From an uncultured Acidobacteriota bacterium (GTDB taxonomy: Bacteria; Acidobacteriota; Vicinamibacteria; Vicinamibacterales; 2-12-FULL-66-21), in the NCBI GenBank assembly GCA_963750915.1, contig CAVVSF010000007.1, positions 1,179,984-1,243,983 of the forward strand: 64,000 bases of DNA, read 5' to 3'. Position 1 is the stretch's first letter. Each line of letters begins with the position of its first letter. A program made the position numbers and the translations under genes. Positions 49,003-61,488 of the stretch are shown one piece after another. The notes beneath the pieces were generated by a model, which saw nothing but the letters and a program-made list of their open reading frames with translations, made no database searches and was not told the DNA's origin.

Positions 49003-50931
49003 CTAGAAGCGGACCAGGAAGCCGCCGACCACACGCTTCGGCGGCTTGACGACCAGGAGCTCGTCGTAGACCGAGGCCGGATCGTTGGGATCGCGGAACA
49101 GGTTCCGCAGCCCGACGAGCACCTCCCACTTCGTGCCCTTGATGTCGAACGGCAGCGCCTGGTTGACCTGCACGTCGAAGCGGGCGTCGAGGCCGGGATG
49201 CGCGAGCGCGGTGTCGGACTTCGTGTAGCCGGTGTTGACCTTGTAGAACACGAAGACGCGCGTCGCGGTCTCGGGAATCTCGGTCTGCAGCGACGTCGTG
49301 ACGTCGTGGAGATCCTCGTTCTCCGGGCGAATCGCCGCCGGTGCGAGGCTGCCGATGTCGCCGGTCTGACCGCGCGACAGCCAGCGCGCGCGTGTGAGGC
49401 TGTAATCGACCGATCCGCTGAAACGCTTGCCCGCGGCGCTGCTCAGGCGCACGGCCCAGCCGTCCGCGCCAAGCGAGCCGGCGTTGGCGACGTAGTAATG
49501 GCCGTTCGAGTGCGGCCCGTCCGGCAGGTTCATGCCGAAGAGCGTCACCAGCTGGTTGTCGACGTCCTGGTAGAAGCGGCGCACGCCGATGGCGACCGGC
49601 GCGTCGAATTCGTGCTCGACCATCAAGTCGACGAAGCGCGCGCGCTCGACGCTGAACGGGTTCGCCGACGCCAGTCCGCCGAGCGGCGCGAACGTCCGCT
49701 CCGGCGGCAGCCACGGCCCGGGCGTCTCGCTGGCCACGAACTCCTCAGCGCCCGGCGCGACCATGCGCTGGGCCACGACCGCGGATACGCGGGTGTTGCG
49801 GAACGGCTCGACCGACAGGCCGAGACGCGGGCTGACAAGACCCCGGCCTTCGAGATAGTCGTACTTGCCGTAGCGGGTGCCGTATTCGAGCACGATGCCG
49901 GGGATTACCGTCCAGTTGTCGAAAGCGTAGAGCTCGCCGACATTGCGGCTCCCCTCGGTTGCGGCGGCGAGCGCCGAGGGATTGCCGCCGAGGTATTCCT
50001 GTTTGCTGTACGAAAGCCCGAACCGGTAACTGTGCGTTACGTTCGCGCGGGTCTCGTAACCGCCGGCGAGGATCCACGACGTCAGATCGCTCTGGCTCAT
50101 CGCCGCGCGCACCGACCACTGGCCGGCGCCGGCTGGGGCCCCGATCGCCATGTAGGCGACGCCGCGCGGCATGAAGTCGCCGGCGAACAGGCCGTCCGAT
50201 CCGACGGCACTCGTCGTCAGCACGTTGACTTCGCCGGTGAAGGGCAACTCGGTGAAGAAGGTCGTCGCCAGGCTCGTCGCCGAGCCCATCGCGCGGCCGA
50301 ATGACGGGCTCGCCGGAATCTCCTCGTCCTGCTCGACGAGCGTCGCCACCGGCGAGGCGTCCTTGAGAATGCTGCGCTTGATGTGGCGAAGCCGCCACGA
50401 GGTTTCGTTGTGCGGATGCTCGTCGCGCGCCGCGGTTTCTGAGGACTTCTCCGCGTCGGGCTGATCCGCGAGGGTGCCCTGCGGCAGGCCGATTCCGGCC
50501 GCCATGATCGGACGCGTCGCCACCGGCGAGGTGCCGGTGGTCGCGACCGCGCTTTCGAGGCGGCGCAGCTGCAGGCGCTGCGAGCCGCCGCTGACGCCGT
50601 TGACGCGGACGGTGGCGCGGGCGGACCCGGCGAAGCCGGTGCGATGCGCCTGAATGGTGTAGTCGCCGAGGGGCAGCGCGTCGAACGAGAACCAGCCGGA
50701 CGCGTCCGTCGTCGCCTTTGCCGCGGTCGTCATGCCGAGGGCCGACACCAGCGCGCCCGCGATCGGGCCGCCGCTGTCGTCGCTGACGACGCCGCTGATG
50801 CTGCCGCGGACGGCGCGGACGGATTGGTACTGCGCGGTCTGAGCCAGCGCGTTCGTCGCGCCACTCGATCCGAGCATGCCGATGCCACACGCCGCTATCG
50901 ACGCCGTGAGCACCCGGTTGAGGCGTTCCAT
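49003..50931 (-). CDS. Exported carboxypeptidase-regulatory-like domain plus putative outer-membrane beta-barrel
   Basis: Signal peptide, GSISGVV.D..GGPI.GA.V...GDYTI.A..TGF, alternating beta-strands, C-terminal ...FLVRF. Confidence 0.75.
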   Translation of the reverse strand: MERLNRVLTASIAACGIGMLGSSGATNALAQTAQYQSVRAVRGSISGVVSDDSGGPIAGALVSALGMTTAAKATTDASGWFSFDALPLGDYTIQAHRTGFAGSARATVRVNGVSGGSQRLQLRRLESAVATTGTSPVATRPIMAAGIGLPQGTLADQPDAEKSSETAARDEHPHNETSWRLRHIKRSILKDASPVATLVEQDEEIPASPSFGRAMGSATSLATTFFTELPFTGEVNVLTTSAVGSDGLFAGDFMPRGVAYMAIGAPAGAGQWSVRAAMSQSDLTSWILAGGYETRANVTHSYRFGLSYSKQEYLGGNPSALAAATEGSRNVGELYAFDNWTVIPGIVLEYGTRYGKYDYLEGRGLVSPRLGLSVEPFRNTRVSAVVAQRMVAPGAEEFVASETPGPWLPPERTFAPLGGLASANPFSVERARFVDLMVEHEFDAPVAIGVRRFYQDVDNQLVTLFGMNLPDGPHSNGHYYVANAGSLGADGWAVRLSSAAGKRFSGSVDYSLTRARWLSRGQTGDIGSLAPAAIRPENEDLHDVTTSLQTEIPETATRVFVFYKVNTGYTKSDTALAHPGLDARFDVQVNQALPFDIKGTKWEVLVGLRNLFRDPNDPASVYDELLVVKPPKRVVGGFLVRF

Positions 50932-50972
50932 TGCCTTCCTCCGTTTCGGCCTGATACCAATCCCCGATCGAG

Positions 50973-52106
50973 CTAGGGCTGCACCGTGAACAGGACGTCG
51001 CGCGAGAGCGATTTTCCCGAGAGCAGATCGAGCACCTGCAGCTCGAGCCGATACTCGCCTTCCTCGAAGCCGCCGAGCGGAACCACCTGTCCCGCGAGCA
51101 CAGGCTCACCGCCGGCCGGATCGAACGCCGCGCCCATCAGCGCCGGGTTGAAGCGCTGCGGCTCGGTGTGATTGAAATACCGCTCTCCCGCCCGCGCCAC
51201 GGAATGCGCCGGCCCCCCTCCAGCGGGCTCACCCCTGGCCTTCCCGTCCTTCCGGAAAAAATGGTACTCCACTTTCACGTCGAACTGGCGCTCCGTCGTG
51301 ACCATTGGGTTGTAGACCAGGAACACGACAATGAGCTCTTCACTCCGCCGGAACACCCGGTCTGCCGCCGGCGTGATCTCGTTGCGGCCGACGACGTAGG
51401 GCCGCTCCGGCAGCTGGTCCGAGGGCACCGGTTCCGACAGGGTCGTCAGCCGGTCCGCGACCATGATGCTGCTGGTCGTGAACTCGCTGGCCCAGAAATC
51501 CGGGACGTTCAGCGCCCTCTGCAAAACCGAAGCTTTCGGGCGGGATTTCGTCCCTTCCGGGTCGACCCGCTCCCGCAGCACCACGAAAACGTCGTACTCG
51601 CCGGGCGTCACCGCAAAACCGCGGCTCACCCGGGCCGTCCGCCCCTGGCTCCGGTCGAGCTCTACCGGAAAGATCGCGTCAACCGGATAGGACGCGTCCC
51701 CGGGCGACTCGGTCTCCTGCTCCTTGCGATCCCGCCGCCGGGCGTCCCGCGAGCGTTCCGGACGCCGCCGCGCCCTGACGTAAACCAGCGCCGCCGGCCG
51801 ACTCAGCGCGGTGACGTCGATCGTCAAGGTGAAGGGCACGAAGGTGCCGCGCTGCGCCTTGACGAAGTCGTTCTGCCACTGCACGTCGAAGTCCGCGGGC
51901 ACCGACTTCCCGGCCATCGCGCTGTCCGCCAGCGCCAGGATGGCCTCGCCCTCCTCGCGGTGGGTGCGTTCGACGGCCCGCTTGTCGGTCTCGGTCTCCC
52001 CGGGACGAAGCGTCTGGGCTGCCAGAACGCCCGGGCACGCCACCAGCATCAGCACCCCGGCGACCTGTCCGAGGAAACCCGATACCTGCGCCATTGCCAC
52101 GAGCAT
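50973..52106 (-). CDS. Exported hypothetical protein with Ig-like beta-sandwich domains
   Basis: Signal peptide, PGEY.V.V and GEY.LEL.V.D motifs, SSIMVA. Confidence 0.65.
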   Translation of the reverse strand: MLVAMAQVSGFLGQVAGVLMLVACPGVLAAQTLRPGETETDKRAVERTHREEGEAILALADSAMAGKSVPADFDVQWQNDFVKAQRGTFVPFTLTIDVTALSRPAALVYVRARRRPERSRDARRRDRKEQETESPGDASYPVDAIFPVELDRSQGRTARVSRGFAVTPGEYDVFVVLRERVDPEGTKSRPKASVLQRALNVPDFWASEFTTSSIMVADRLTTLSEPVPSDQLPERPYVVGRNEITPAADRVFRRSEELIVVFLVYNPMVTTERQFDVKVEYHFFRKDGKARGEPAGGGPAHSVARAGERYFNHTEPQRFNPALMGAAFDPAGGEPVLAGQVVPLGGFEEGEYRLELQVLDLLSGKSLSRDVLFTVQP

Positions 52107-52128
52107 TCAGCCCTGACCAACCCCGTCG

Positions 52129-52158
52129 ATCATAGTTGAGGGAGTCGTCCCAAGTCAA
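52129..52158 (-). promoter_or_regulatory. sigma70 promoter-like motif
   Basis: TTGACT-18nt-TATGAT. Confidence 0.6.
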
Positions 52159-52339
52159 AGAAGGGACGAGGATTACGGTCACGGGCCGGAGACTCGCCGG
52201 GCCCGCCGGACCAATCCGCGCCCGGGCAGCGCGCGTCACCGGGAATGATCAGCAAATCAGCTATGATTCCCCGATCGATGACGTTGGCGCGGCCGGTCGA
52301 GCTGCGACGTCCCGATTCAGCGAGGGCGAGGGGCCGCAC

Positions 52340-53608
52340 ATGCAGGACGATGTCGTCGTGATGGTGCTGGCCGGCGGAGCCGGCGAGCGCCTGTATCCAT
52401 TGACGAAGGAACGGGCGAAGCCGGCTGTGTACTTCGGCGGACCGTACCGCATCATCGACTTCACGCTGAGCAACTGCATCAACTCGGGCCTGCGCAAGGT
52501 TTTCATCGCCCTGCAGTACAAGTCGCTCTCGCTCGGCCGCCACATCCGAATGGGCTGGAGCGTCGTCGCCGACGAGCTCGGCGAGTTCATCGAGATTCTC
52601 AGCCCGCAGAAACGCGTCGGCGAGCACTGGTATCTCGGCACCGCCGACGCGGTCTACCAGAATCTCTACTCGATCGTGCGCGAGGATCCGCGGCACCTGC
52701 TCGTCCTTTCGGGCGATCACGTCTACAAGATGGACTACTCGCGGATGCTCAAAGTGCACCGCGATCGCGGCGCCGCCGCGACGATCGGCGTGATCGAGAT
52801 CCCGACGGAGGAGGCGCATCGCTTCGGCGTCATGCAGGTGGATGCCGAGGATCGCCTGGTCGGCTTCCTCGAGAAACCGAAAAACCTCGAACCGGGCGGC
52901 ACGGTCCTGGCGTCGATGGGCATCTACGCCTTCGACATGTCGTACCTGAAGCCGGCGCTCGAAGCCGACGCCCGGCGCTCGACGACGCACGACTTCGGCA
53001 AGGACATCATCCCGGAGCTGGTGTCGCGCGGGTCGGTGGTCGCGTATCGCTTCACCGACGAGAACAAGAAAGAGTCGAAGTACTGGCGCGACATCGGCAC
53101 GCTCGACGCCTACTACGCCGCCAACATGGACCTCTGCCAGGTCAACCCGGAGTTCAATCTCTACGACCCGGAGTGGCCGCTGCGCACGCAGCAGATCCAG
53201 GCACCGCCGGCGAAGTTCGTGTTCGCCGACGAGGGCCGCCGCTGCGGCCAGGCGCTCGATTCGATCATCTCGGCGGGATGCATCATCTCGGGCAGCCGCA
53301 TCGCCGGCAGCATTCTCTGTCCGAACGTGCGCGTCCACAGCTTCTGCTCGGTCGAGCAGAGCATTCTCATGCCGGGCGTCCGCGTCGGGCGCCATGCGAA
53401 GATCCGCCGCGCCATCATCGACCGCGACGTCTTCATCCCCCGCGGCGCGGTGATCGGCTACCACCCCGAGGAAGATCGCGAGCGCCACACCGTCACCGAG
53501 AGCGGCATCGTCGTCGTCACCACCGACGACGAGCCGTACGTCAGCAAGATCGAGGCGGCGGCGCTCGCCAACGAGCAGGAATTCGATCGCAGGGGCACCA
53601 GCATTTAG
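52340..53608 (+). CDS. glgC: Glucose-1-phosphate adenylyltransferase
   Basis: LAGG.G.RL.PLT..RAKPAV.FGG.YRIIDF, WY.GTADAV, GDHVYKMDY, DFGKDIIP. Confidence 0.97.
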   Translation: MQDDVVVMVLAGGAGERLYPLTKERAKPAVYFGGPYRIIDFTLSNCINSGLRKVFIALQYKSLSLGRHIRMGWSVVADELGEFIEILSPQKRVGEHWYLGTADAVYQNLYSIVREDPRHLLVLSGDHVYKMDYSRMLKVHRDRGAAATIGVIEIPTEEAHRFGVMQVDAEDRLVGFLEKPKNLEPGGTVLASMGIYAFDMSYLKPALEADARRSTTHDFGKDIIPELVSRGSVVAYRFTDENKKESKYWRDIGTLDAYYAANMDLCQVNPEFNLYDPEWPLRTQQIQAPPAKFVFADEGRRCGQALDSIISAGCIISGSRIAGSILCPNVRVHSFCSVEQSILMPGVRVGRHAKIRRAIIDRDVFIPRGAVIGYHPEEDRERHTVTESGIVVVTTDDEPYVSKIEAAALANEQEFDRRGTSI

Positions 53609-53612
53609 ACGG

Positions 53613-53855
53613 GCTTCGTGCGCGGTGCCTGGTGCCTGGTGCTCGAGTGCGAAGTGCGAGGGTGCGAAGTGCGAGGGTGCCGGGTGCGAGGGTGCTGCGT
53701 GCGGGGTGCGAGGTGCTGTGGTGCGAGGCAGCAGCCTCGCACCACCGCACCATCGCACCCCGCACCCTCGCACCCTCGCACCCTCGCACCCTCGCACCCA
53801 GGCACCCTCGCACCTCGCACATCGAGCACCAGGCACCAGGCACTACGCACGAAGC
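53613..53855. repeat. ~240-bp hairpin built from GTGC-core 7/8-mer units
   Basis: Left arm (GGTGCCT, GGTGCGAG)n; centre GTGGTGCGAGGC-AGCA-GCCTCGCACCAC; right arm (CTCGCACC, AGGCACC)n. Confidence 0.92.
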
Positions 53856-53911
53856 ACCTGAGAGCCGGTAGAATAGCGGTGTATCCCCCGCGACAACGTC
53901 ACGGCTCCTGA

Positions 53912-55225
<1,314 letters not shown>

Positions 55226-55227
55226 GC

Positions 55228-56778
55228 ATGCCGCAGGCGCCTCTCGTCCTCCTCGTGCTCGACGGCTGGGGTATCCGCGCCGAACGCGAGCACAACGCCA
55301 TCAAGCTGGCGCGGACGCCGGTCTACGACGAGCTCGTCGGGCGCTACCCGACGGCGCAGCTGCGCGCCTCGGGCGAGTCGGTCGGCCTGCCCGCCGGGCA
55401 GATGGGCAACTCCGAGGTCGGCCACATGAACATGGGCGCCGGCCGCGTCGTCTACCAGGACCTGACGCGCATCGACAAGAGCGTCAGCGACGGTGATTTC
55501 TTCACCAACCCGTCGCTGGTCGCCGCGCTCGACCGCGCCGCCGACGGCCGGCACGCGCTGCAGATCGTCGGCCTCGTCTCCGACGGCGGCGTCCACAGCC
55601 ATCAGCGGCACCTGCACGCGCTGCTCGAGATGGCGGCGCGGCGGCACGTGCCCGAGGTGTTCATCCACGCGATCACCGACGGCCGCGACACGTCGCCGAC
55701 GGGCGGCGTCCGCTACCTCGCCGACCTCGACACCGCGATCAACCGGCTCGACGGCGACATCCGCGTCCGGGTCGCGACCCTGTCCGGCCGCTACTACGCC
55801 ATGGATCGCGACAAGCGGTGGGAGCGGACCAGGCTCGCCTACGACGCGATGGTCCACGGCGTCGCCGAGACGACGGCGCGGTCGCCGATCGGCGCGACTC
55901 AGCGGTCGTACGAGGCCGGCGTCACCGACGAATTCATCAAGCCGATCGTCATCGTCGACGAGAACAACGCGCCGGTCGGCACGATTCGCGACGGCGACCC
56001 CGTCGTCGTGTTCAACTTCCGCGCCGATCGGGCGCGGCAGATCACCCGGGCGCTGGCGCTCGACGAGTTCGACGGCTTCGAGCGGCGGTCGCGGCCGGCG
56101 GTTCACGCAACGACGATGACGGTGTACGACCGGACCTACAACCTGCCGGTCGCCTTCACGCCGCAGACCTTCAGCAACAACCTCGCCGACGTGCTCGCCG
56201 CGCACGGCCGCACCAACCTCCGCCTGGCCGAGACGGAGAAGTACGCGCACGTCACCTACTTCTTCAACTGCGGCCGCGAGGAGCCCTACACCGGCGAGGA
56301 TCGGATCCTCGTGCCGTCGCAGAAGGTGCCGACCTACGACCTGATGCCGGAGATGAGCGCCCCCGGCATCGCCGACGCGCTGGTCGCCGACATCAATGGC
56401 GGCCGGCACCAGGTCGTCATCTGCAATTTCGCCAACGCCGACATGGTCGGCCACACCGGGCGGCTCGACGCGACGATTGCCGCCGTCGAGACCCTCGACG
56501 TCTGCCTCGGCCGGATCATGAAGGCGCTGCACGCGATCGGCGGCACCGCGATCGTGACGGCCGATCACGGCAACGCCGAGCAGATGTGGGACGGCACGCT
56601 CGAAGCGCCGCATACGGCGCACACCTCGAACCCGGTGCCGATCGTCCTCTGCGGCGACGCGTATCGCGAGCGCCGGCTCGCCGACGGCGCGCTCTGCGAC
56701 GTCGCGCCGACGATCCTCGATCTTCTTGGTATCCCGAAGGCGGCAGAGATGACGGGGCAGACGCTGCTCGAACCGTAG
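55228..56778 (+). CDS. gpmI: 2,3-BPG-independent phosphoglycerate mutase
   Basis: LDGWG, GQMGNSEVGH, SDGGVHSH, AETEKYAHVT, TADHGNAE. Confidence 0.98.
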   Translation: MPQAPLVLLVLDGWGIRAEREHNAIKLARTPVYDELVGRYPTAQLRASGESVGLPAGQMGNSEVGHMNMGAGRVVYQDLTRIDKSVSDGDFFTNPSLVAALDRAADGRHALQIVGLVSDGGVHSHQRHLHALLEMAARRHVPEVFIHAITDGRDTSPTGGVRYLADLDTAINRLDGDIRVRVATLSGRYYAMDRDKRWERTRLAYDAMVHGVAETTARSPIGATQRSYEAGVTDEFIKPIVIVDENNAPVGTIRDGDPVVVFNFRADRARQITRALALDEFDGFERRSRPAVHATTMTVYDRTYNLPVAFTPQTFSNNLADVLAAHGRTNLRLAETEKYAHVTYFFNCGREEPYTGEDRILVPSQKVPTYDLMPEMSAPGIADALVADINGGRHQVVICNFANADMVGHTGRLDATIAAVETLDVCLGRIMKALHAIGGTAIVTADHGNAEQMWDGTLEAPHTAHTSNPVPIVLCGDAYRERRLADGALCDVAPTILDLLGIPKAAEMTGQTLLEP

Positions 56779-56803
56779 GCCCGAGGCTTTCACCCTCGAC
56801 GTC

Positions 56804-58075
56804 ATGAGCGACCCGCATATACCCGCGCTCTTCTTCCTCCAGGTCGGCATCATCCTGCTGGTGTGCCGGCTCGTCGGCTGGATCGCCGGCCGTTTCGGTC
56901 AGCCGCAGGTCGTCGCGGAGATGGTCGCCGGCTTCCTCATCGGACCATCCTTCTTCGGCTGGGTCGCGCCGGACCTGCAGGCCGGACTCTTTCCGCCGGC
57001 GACGCGAGGTGTTCTCTTCGTCGTCAGTCAGGTCGGCCTGGTGCTCTACATGTTCTGCGTCGGGCTCGAGTTCCGCACCGACCTGATGGCCAGGCACGCG
57101 CGGCGTGCGGCCGCGGTCTCGATTGCCGGCATCGTCGCGCCGTTCGTCCTCGGCGGCGCGCTGGCGCTGTGGCTGCTGCCGGCCGGCGGCTTCTTTGCCG
57201 AGAACGTCCGCGCCTATCAGGCGGTGCTGTTTGTCGGCGCCGCGATGTCGATCACGGCCTTTCCGATGCTGGCGCGGATCATCTACGAGCGCGGCATGGC
57301 GGGCACGGCGATCGGTTCGCTCGCCCTGGCCGCCGGCGCCATCGACGACGCGTGCGCCTGGGTCATCCTCGCCATCGTCCTCGGCACGTTCACCGGCAGC
57401 AACGCCACGGCGTTGGTCGCCGCCGGCGGCGGGCTGATTTACGTCGCCGCCGCGATTCTCTGGGCGCGGCCGTTCTTCGCCCGCGTCAACGCCGCGGCCG
57501 AGAGCGGCGGCGCCGTCGAACCGTGGATGATGTCTGCGGTGCTGATAATGCTCGCCGCCGCGGCGTGGTTCACCGACCTGACCGGCATCCACGCGGTGTT
57601 CGGCGCCTTCACGCTCGGCGCCGTGATGCCGCGCGGCATCGTGTCGCGCGAGCTCCAGCGGCGCATCGAACCGCTGACGAGCGCGCTGCTCGTGCCGCTC
57701 TTCTTCGTCTACTCGGGGCTCAACACCAGCGTCGGGCTGGTCAATACGGGCTGGCTCTGGCTCGTCGCCGGGCTCGTCTTCCTCGCCGCGTGCGCCGGCA
57801 AGGCGCTCGCCTGCTGGGTCGCGGCGCGGCTGACCGGCGCGAACAACCGCGAAGCCCTCGGCGTCGCCACGCTGATGAACGCGCGCGGCATGATGGAGCT
57901 GATGCTCCTCAACATCGGCCTGGAGCGCGGCCTGATCACGCCGACGCTCTTCACCATCCTCGTCATGATGGCGATCGCGACGACGTTGATGGCGAGCCCG
58001 CTGTTCTCGTACGTCTACGGCCGCGAGCGCCCCGCCTCCGATCGTCCTTCACCGCTCGCTGCCGACACGCCCTAG
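56804..58075 (+). CDS. Cation:proton antiporter (CPA2)
   Basis: QPQVVAEM.AG..IGPS, SITAFP.LARI, AAGAIDD, LMNARG..EL. Confidence 0.92.
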   Translation: MSDPHIPALFFLQVGIILLVCRLVGWIAGRFGQPQVVAEMVAGFLIGPSFFGWVAPDLQAGLFPPATRGVLFVVSQVGLVLYMFCVGLEFRTDLMARHARRAAAVSIAGIVAPFVLGGALALWLLPAGGFFAENVRAYQAVLFVGAAMSITAFPMLARIIYERGMAGTAIGSLALAAGAIDDACAWVILAIVLGTFTGSNATALVAAGGGLIYVAAAILWARPFFARVNAAAESGGAVEPWMMSAVLIMLAAAAWFTDLTGIHAVFGAFTLGAVMPRGIVSRELQRRIEPLTSALLVPLFFVYSGLNTSVGLVNTGWLWLVAGLVFLAACAGKALACWVAARLTGANNREALGVATLMNARGMMELMLLNIGLERGLITPTLFTILVMMAIATTLMASPLFSYVYGRERPASDRPSPLAADTP

Positions 58076-58206
58076 CCGCTCGAGCCATCCCGTCGAACGG
58101 TCAGAACGCGCAGCCGCTGTTCGTTTGAGTCTTTTCGAGGGGGAGGCAAGCTCATCAAGCGGAAGTCGCCAAAGCCGCCGCCGGACGACATGGCTCCGCT
58201 GTGAAC

Positions 58207-58242
58207 TCAAGTGGGGTCAGACCATGGTCTGACCCCACTTGA
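58207..58242. repeat. Perfect palindrome of the GGGGTCAGA REP-like family
   Basis: TCAAGTGGGGTCAGACC-AT-GGTCTGACCCCACTTGA. Confidence 0.85.
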
Positions 58243-58256
58243 CTTTCATTCGCTTT

Positions 58257-58571
58257 TTATTCGACTTCTTTTTCTTTTTCCTGCGCCTCGTCCGCGGCAA
58301 TCCGCAGCGATCGCAGGAAACGGCGGTCGTTCGCGCTCATCTCGACGCTTCGACGTTCTCCGCGCAGAGCTTTCTGCGGCGCGCCGACCTTCGCGAGCGC
58401 CCCAGGGGTGGTCCGGTTGACGAACCCGATAACCGCCTCGAGCGAGACTTTCATCTCGTAACCCGCCGCTCGCACTCGCTCCCGGCAGGCTTCGACGCGG
58501 GGATCTTCTGCTACGGCAGCAGCGATGGCGTCGGACAGCTCACGGGCCATCCGATTCATGACGTCATCCAT
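58257..58571 (-). CDS. Small hypothetical protein
   Basis: GGAGGG SD, typical codon usage, C-terminal DRRFLRSLRIA. Confidence 0.8.
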   Translation of the reverse strand: MDDVMNRMARELSDAIAAAVAEDPRVEACRERVRAAGYEMKVSLEAVIGFVNRTTPGALAKVGAPQKALRGERRSVEMSANDRRFLRSLRIAADEAQEKEKEVE

Positions 58572-58744
58572 TCTGGTCCCTCCTCACCGCCGCCGGAACT
58601 GGGAACCCGGGGCGTCTCCCGATCCTGTGGAACTCCAGTGAGATGGACCTCACCGGAGCCGAGACTGTCGCCCGGGGGGAGCGCCAGGGATCGGCCGACA
58701 AATTTGTTCATAATGAAGGATTTGCAGCGTGGGAACGCTGTCTC

Positions 58745-58773
58745 ATTGTAGGCATGCCCCTATCGAGTGTCAA
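58745..58773 (-). promoter_or_regulatory. sigma70 promoter
   Basis: TTGACA-17nt-TACAAT. Confidence 0.8.
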
Positions 58774-58856
58774 TGGCGCGGCCGCAATATCTAGTGGTCG
58801 AATTTCCCGGCGGCGGATCCGGGGTTGATAGAATGCAGGCCGGCCGACCGCTGCTG

Positions 58857-60406
<1,550 letters not shown>

Positions 60407-60407
<1 letters not shown>

Positions 60408-61483
60408 TGACGGCGGACGCCCAGTCGGATTTGACCGCAGCCGCCACCGGCGCCGCGCCGCTGCTGGCAGTGAGCCACCTCACCTCCGGCTTCGAGCAGC
60501 AGGACCGCTTCGTGCCGGCCGTCATCGACGTCAGCTTTCACATCGACGCCGGCGAGACCCTGTGCCTTGTGGGCGAGTCCGGCAGCGGCAAGTCGCTGAC
60601 GGCGCTGTCGATCATGCGGCTGATCGAGCGGCCGGGGCGGATCGACGCCGGCCGCATAATATTGCGCACGGCCGCCGGAACGCGCGACCTGCTGAGGCTG
60701 TCCGAGCGGGAACTGCAGCGCGTGCGCGGCGCCGAGATCGGCCTCGTGTTCCAGGAGCCGATGACGGCGCTCAACCCGGTCTTCACGATCGGCAACCAGA
60801 TCGAAGAGACGCTGCGGATACACGGCCGCGCGACGCGCCGCGACGCACGCGAGAAGGCCATCGCCCTCCTCAAGTCGGTGAGCGTGCCCGAGCCCGAGCG
60901 CCGGGTGCGGGAGTATCCGCATCAGCTCTCGGGCGGCCTGCGTCAGCGCGCGCTGATCGCGCTGGCCCTCGCCTGCGGCCCGTCCCTGCTCATCGCCGAC
61001 GAGCCGACGACCGCGCTCGACGTCACCATCCAAGCGCAGATCCTCGACCTGCTGCGCGATCTGCAGCGCCGCATGGGACTGGCGCTGCTGCTCATCACCC
61101 ACGACCTCGGCGTCGTTGCCGAGATGGCGGACCGCGTCGCCGTCATGTATGCCGGGCGCATCGTCGAGGAGGCACCCGTGCGTCGGCTGTTCGAGGAGCC
61201 GACGCATCCCTACACGCGAGGGCTGATGGCGTCGATGCCCGGGCACGAGCCCGGGGCGCGGCTCAAGGCGATTCAGGGCACGGTTCCGGCGCTCGGCCAG
61301 CTGCCGCGCGGCTGCGCGTTCGCGCCGCGCTGCCCCGATCGCTTCGCCCCGTGCGAGATCGCGCCGCCGGCGACGACGGAGCTCCCCGCCGGTCGCAGCG
61401 TGAAGTGTTATCTCCACGGTCCGGCGTCAGAGCCGGCGGCGAATTCTGCGAACTCCGGGGTCAGACCCCGGAGAGAGGTGTAG
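60407..61483 (+). CDS. Oligopeptide/dipeptide ABC ATPase (OppD/DppD-like)
   Basis: [34 protein letters not shown]. Confidence 0.93.
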
Positions 61484-61488
61484 GCAGA

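Noticed and set aside
53605-53911. Cys-rich small ORFs or a CRISPR array in the glgC-eno intergenic region
   Set aside because: The ORFs are translations of the 7/8-mer repeat. There are no constant repeats with unique spacers and no cas genes.
58080-58200. Possible ncRNA closed by GAGCCAT/ATGGCTC after the antiporter gene
   Set aside because: Only a 7-bp inverted repeat, with no promoter, terminator or second copy to support it.
58595-58695. Cobalamin riboswitch upstream of the mutase (GGGAACCCGG...GAGCC.GAGACT)
   Set aside because: It lacks the core CTGCCC..GC.ACTGT and GCCACTG elements, and a -10 box (TAGAAT, ~58829) lies downstream of it. Better explained as the leader of the opposite-strand gene; Infernal would settle it.
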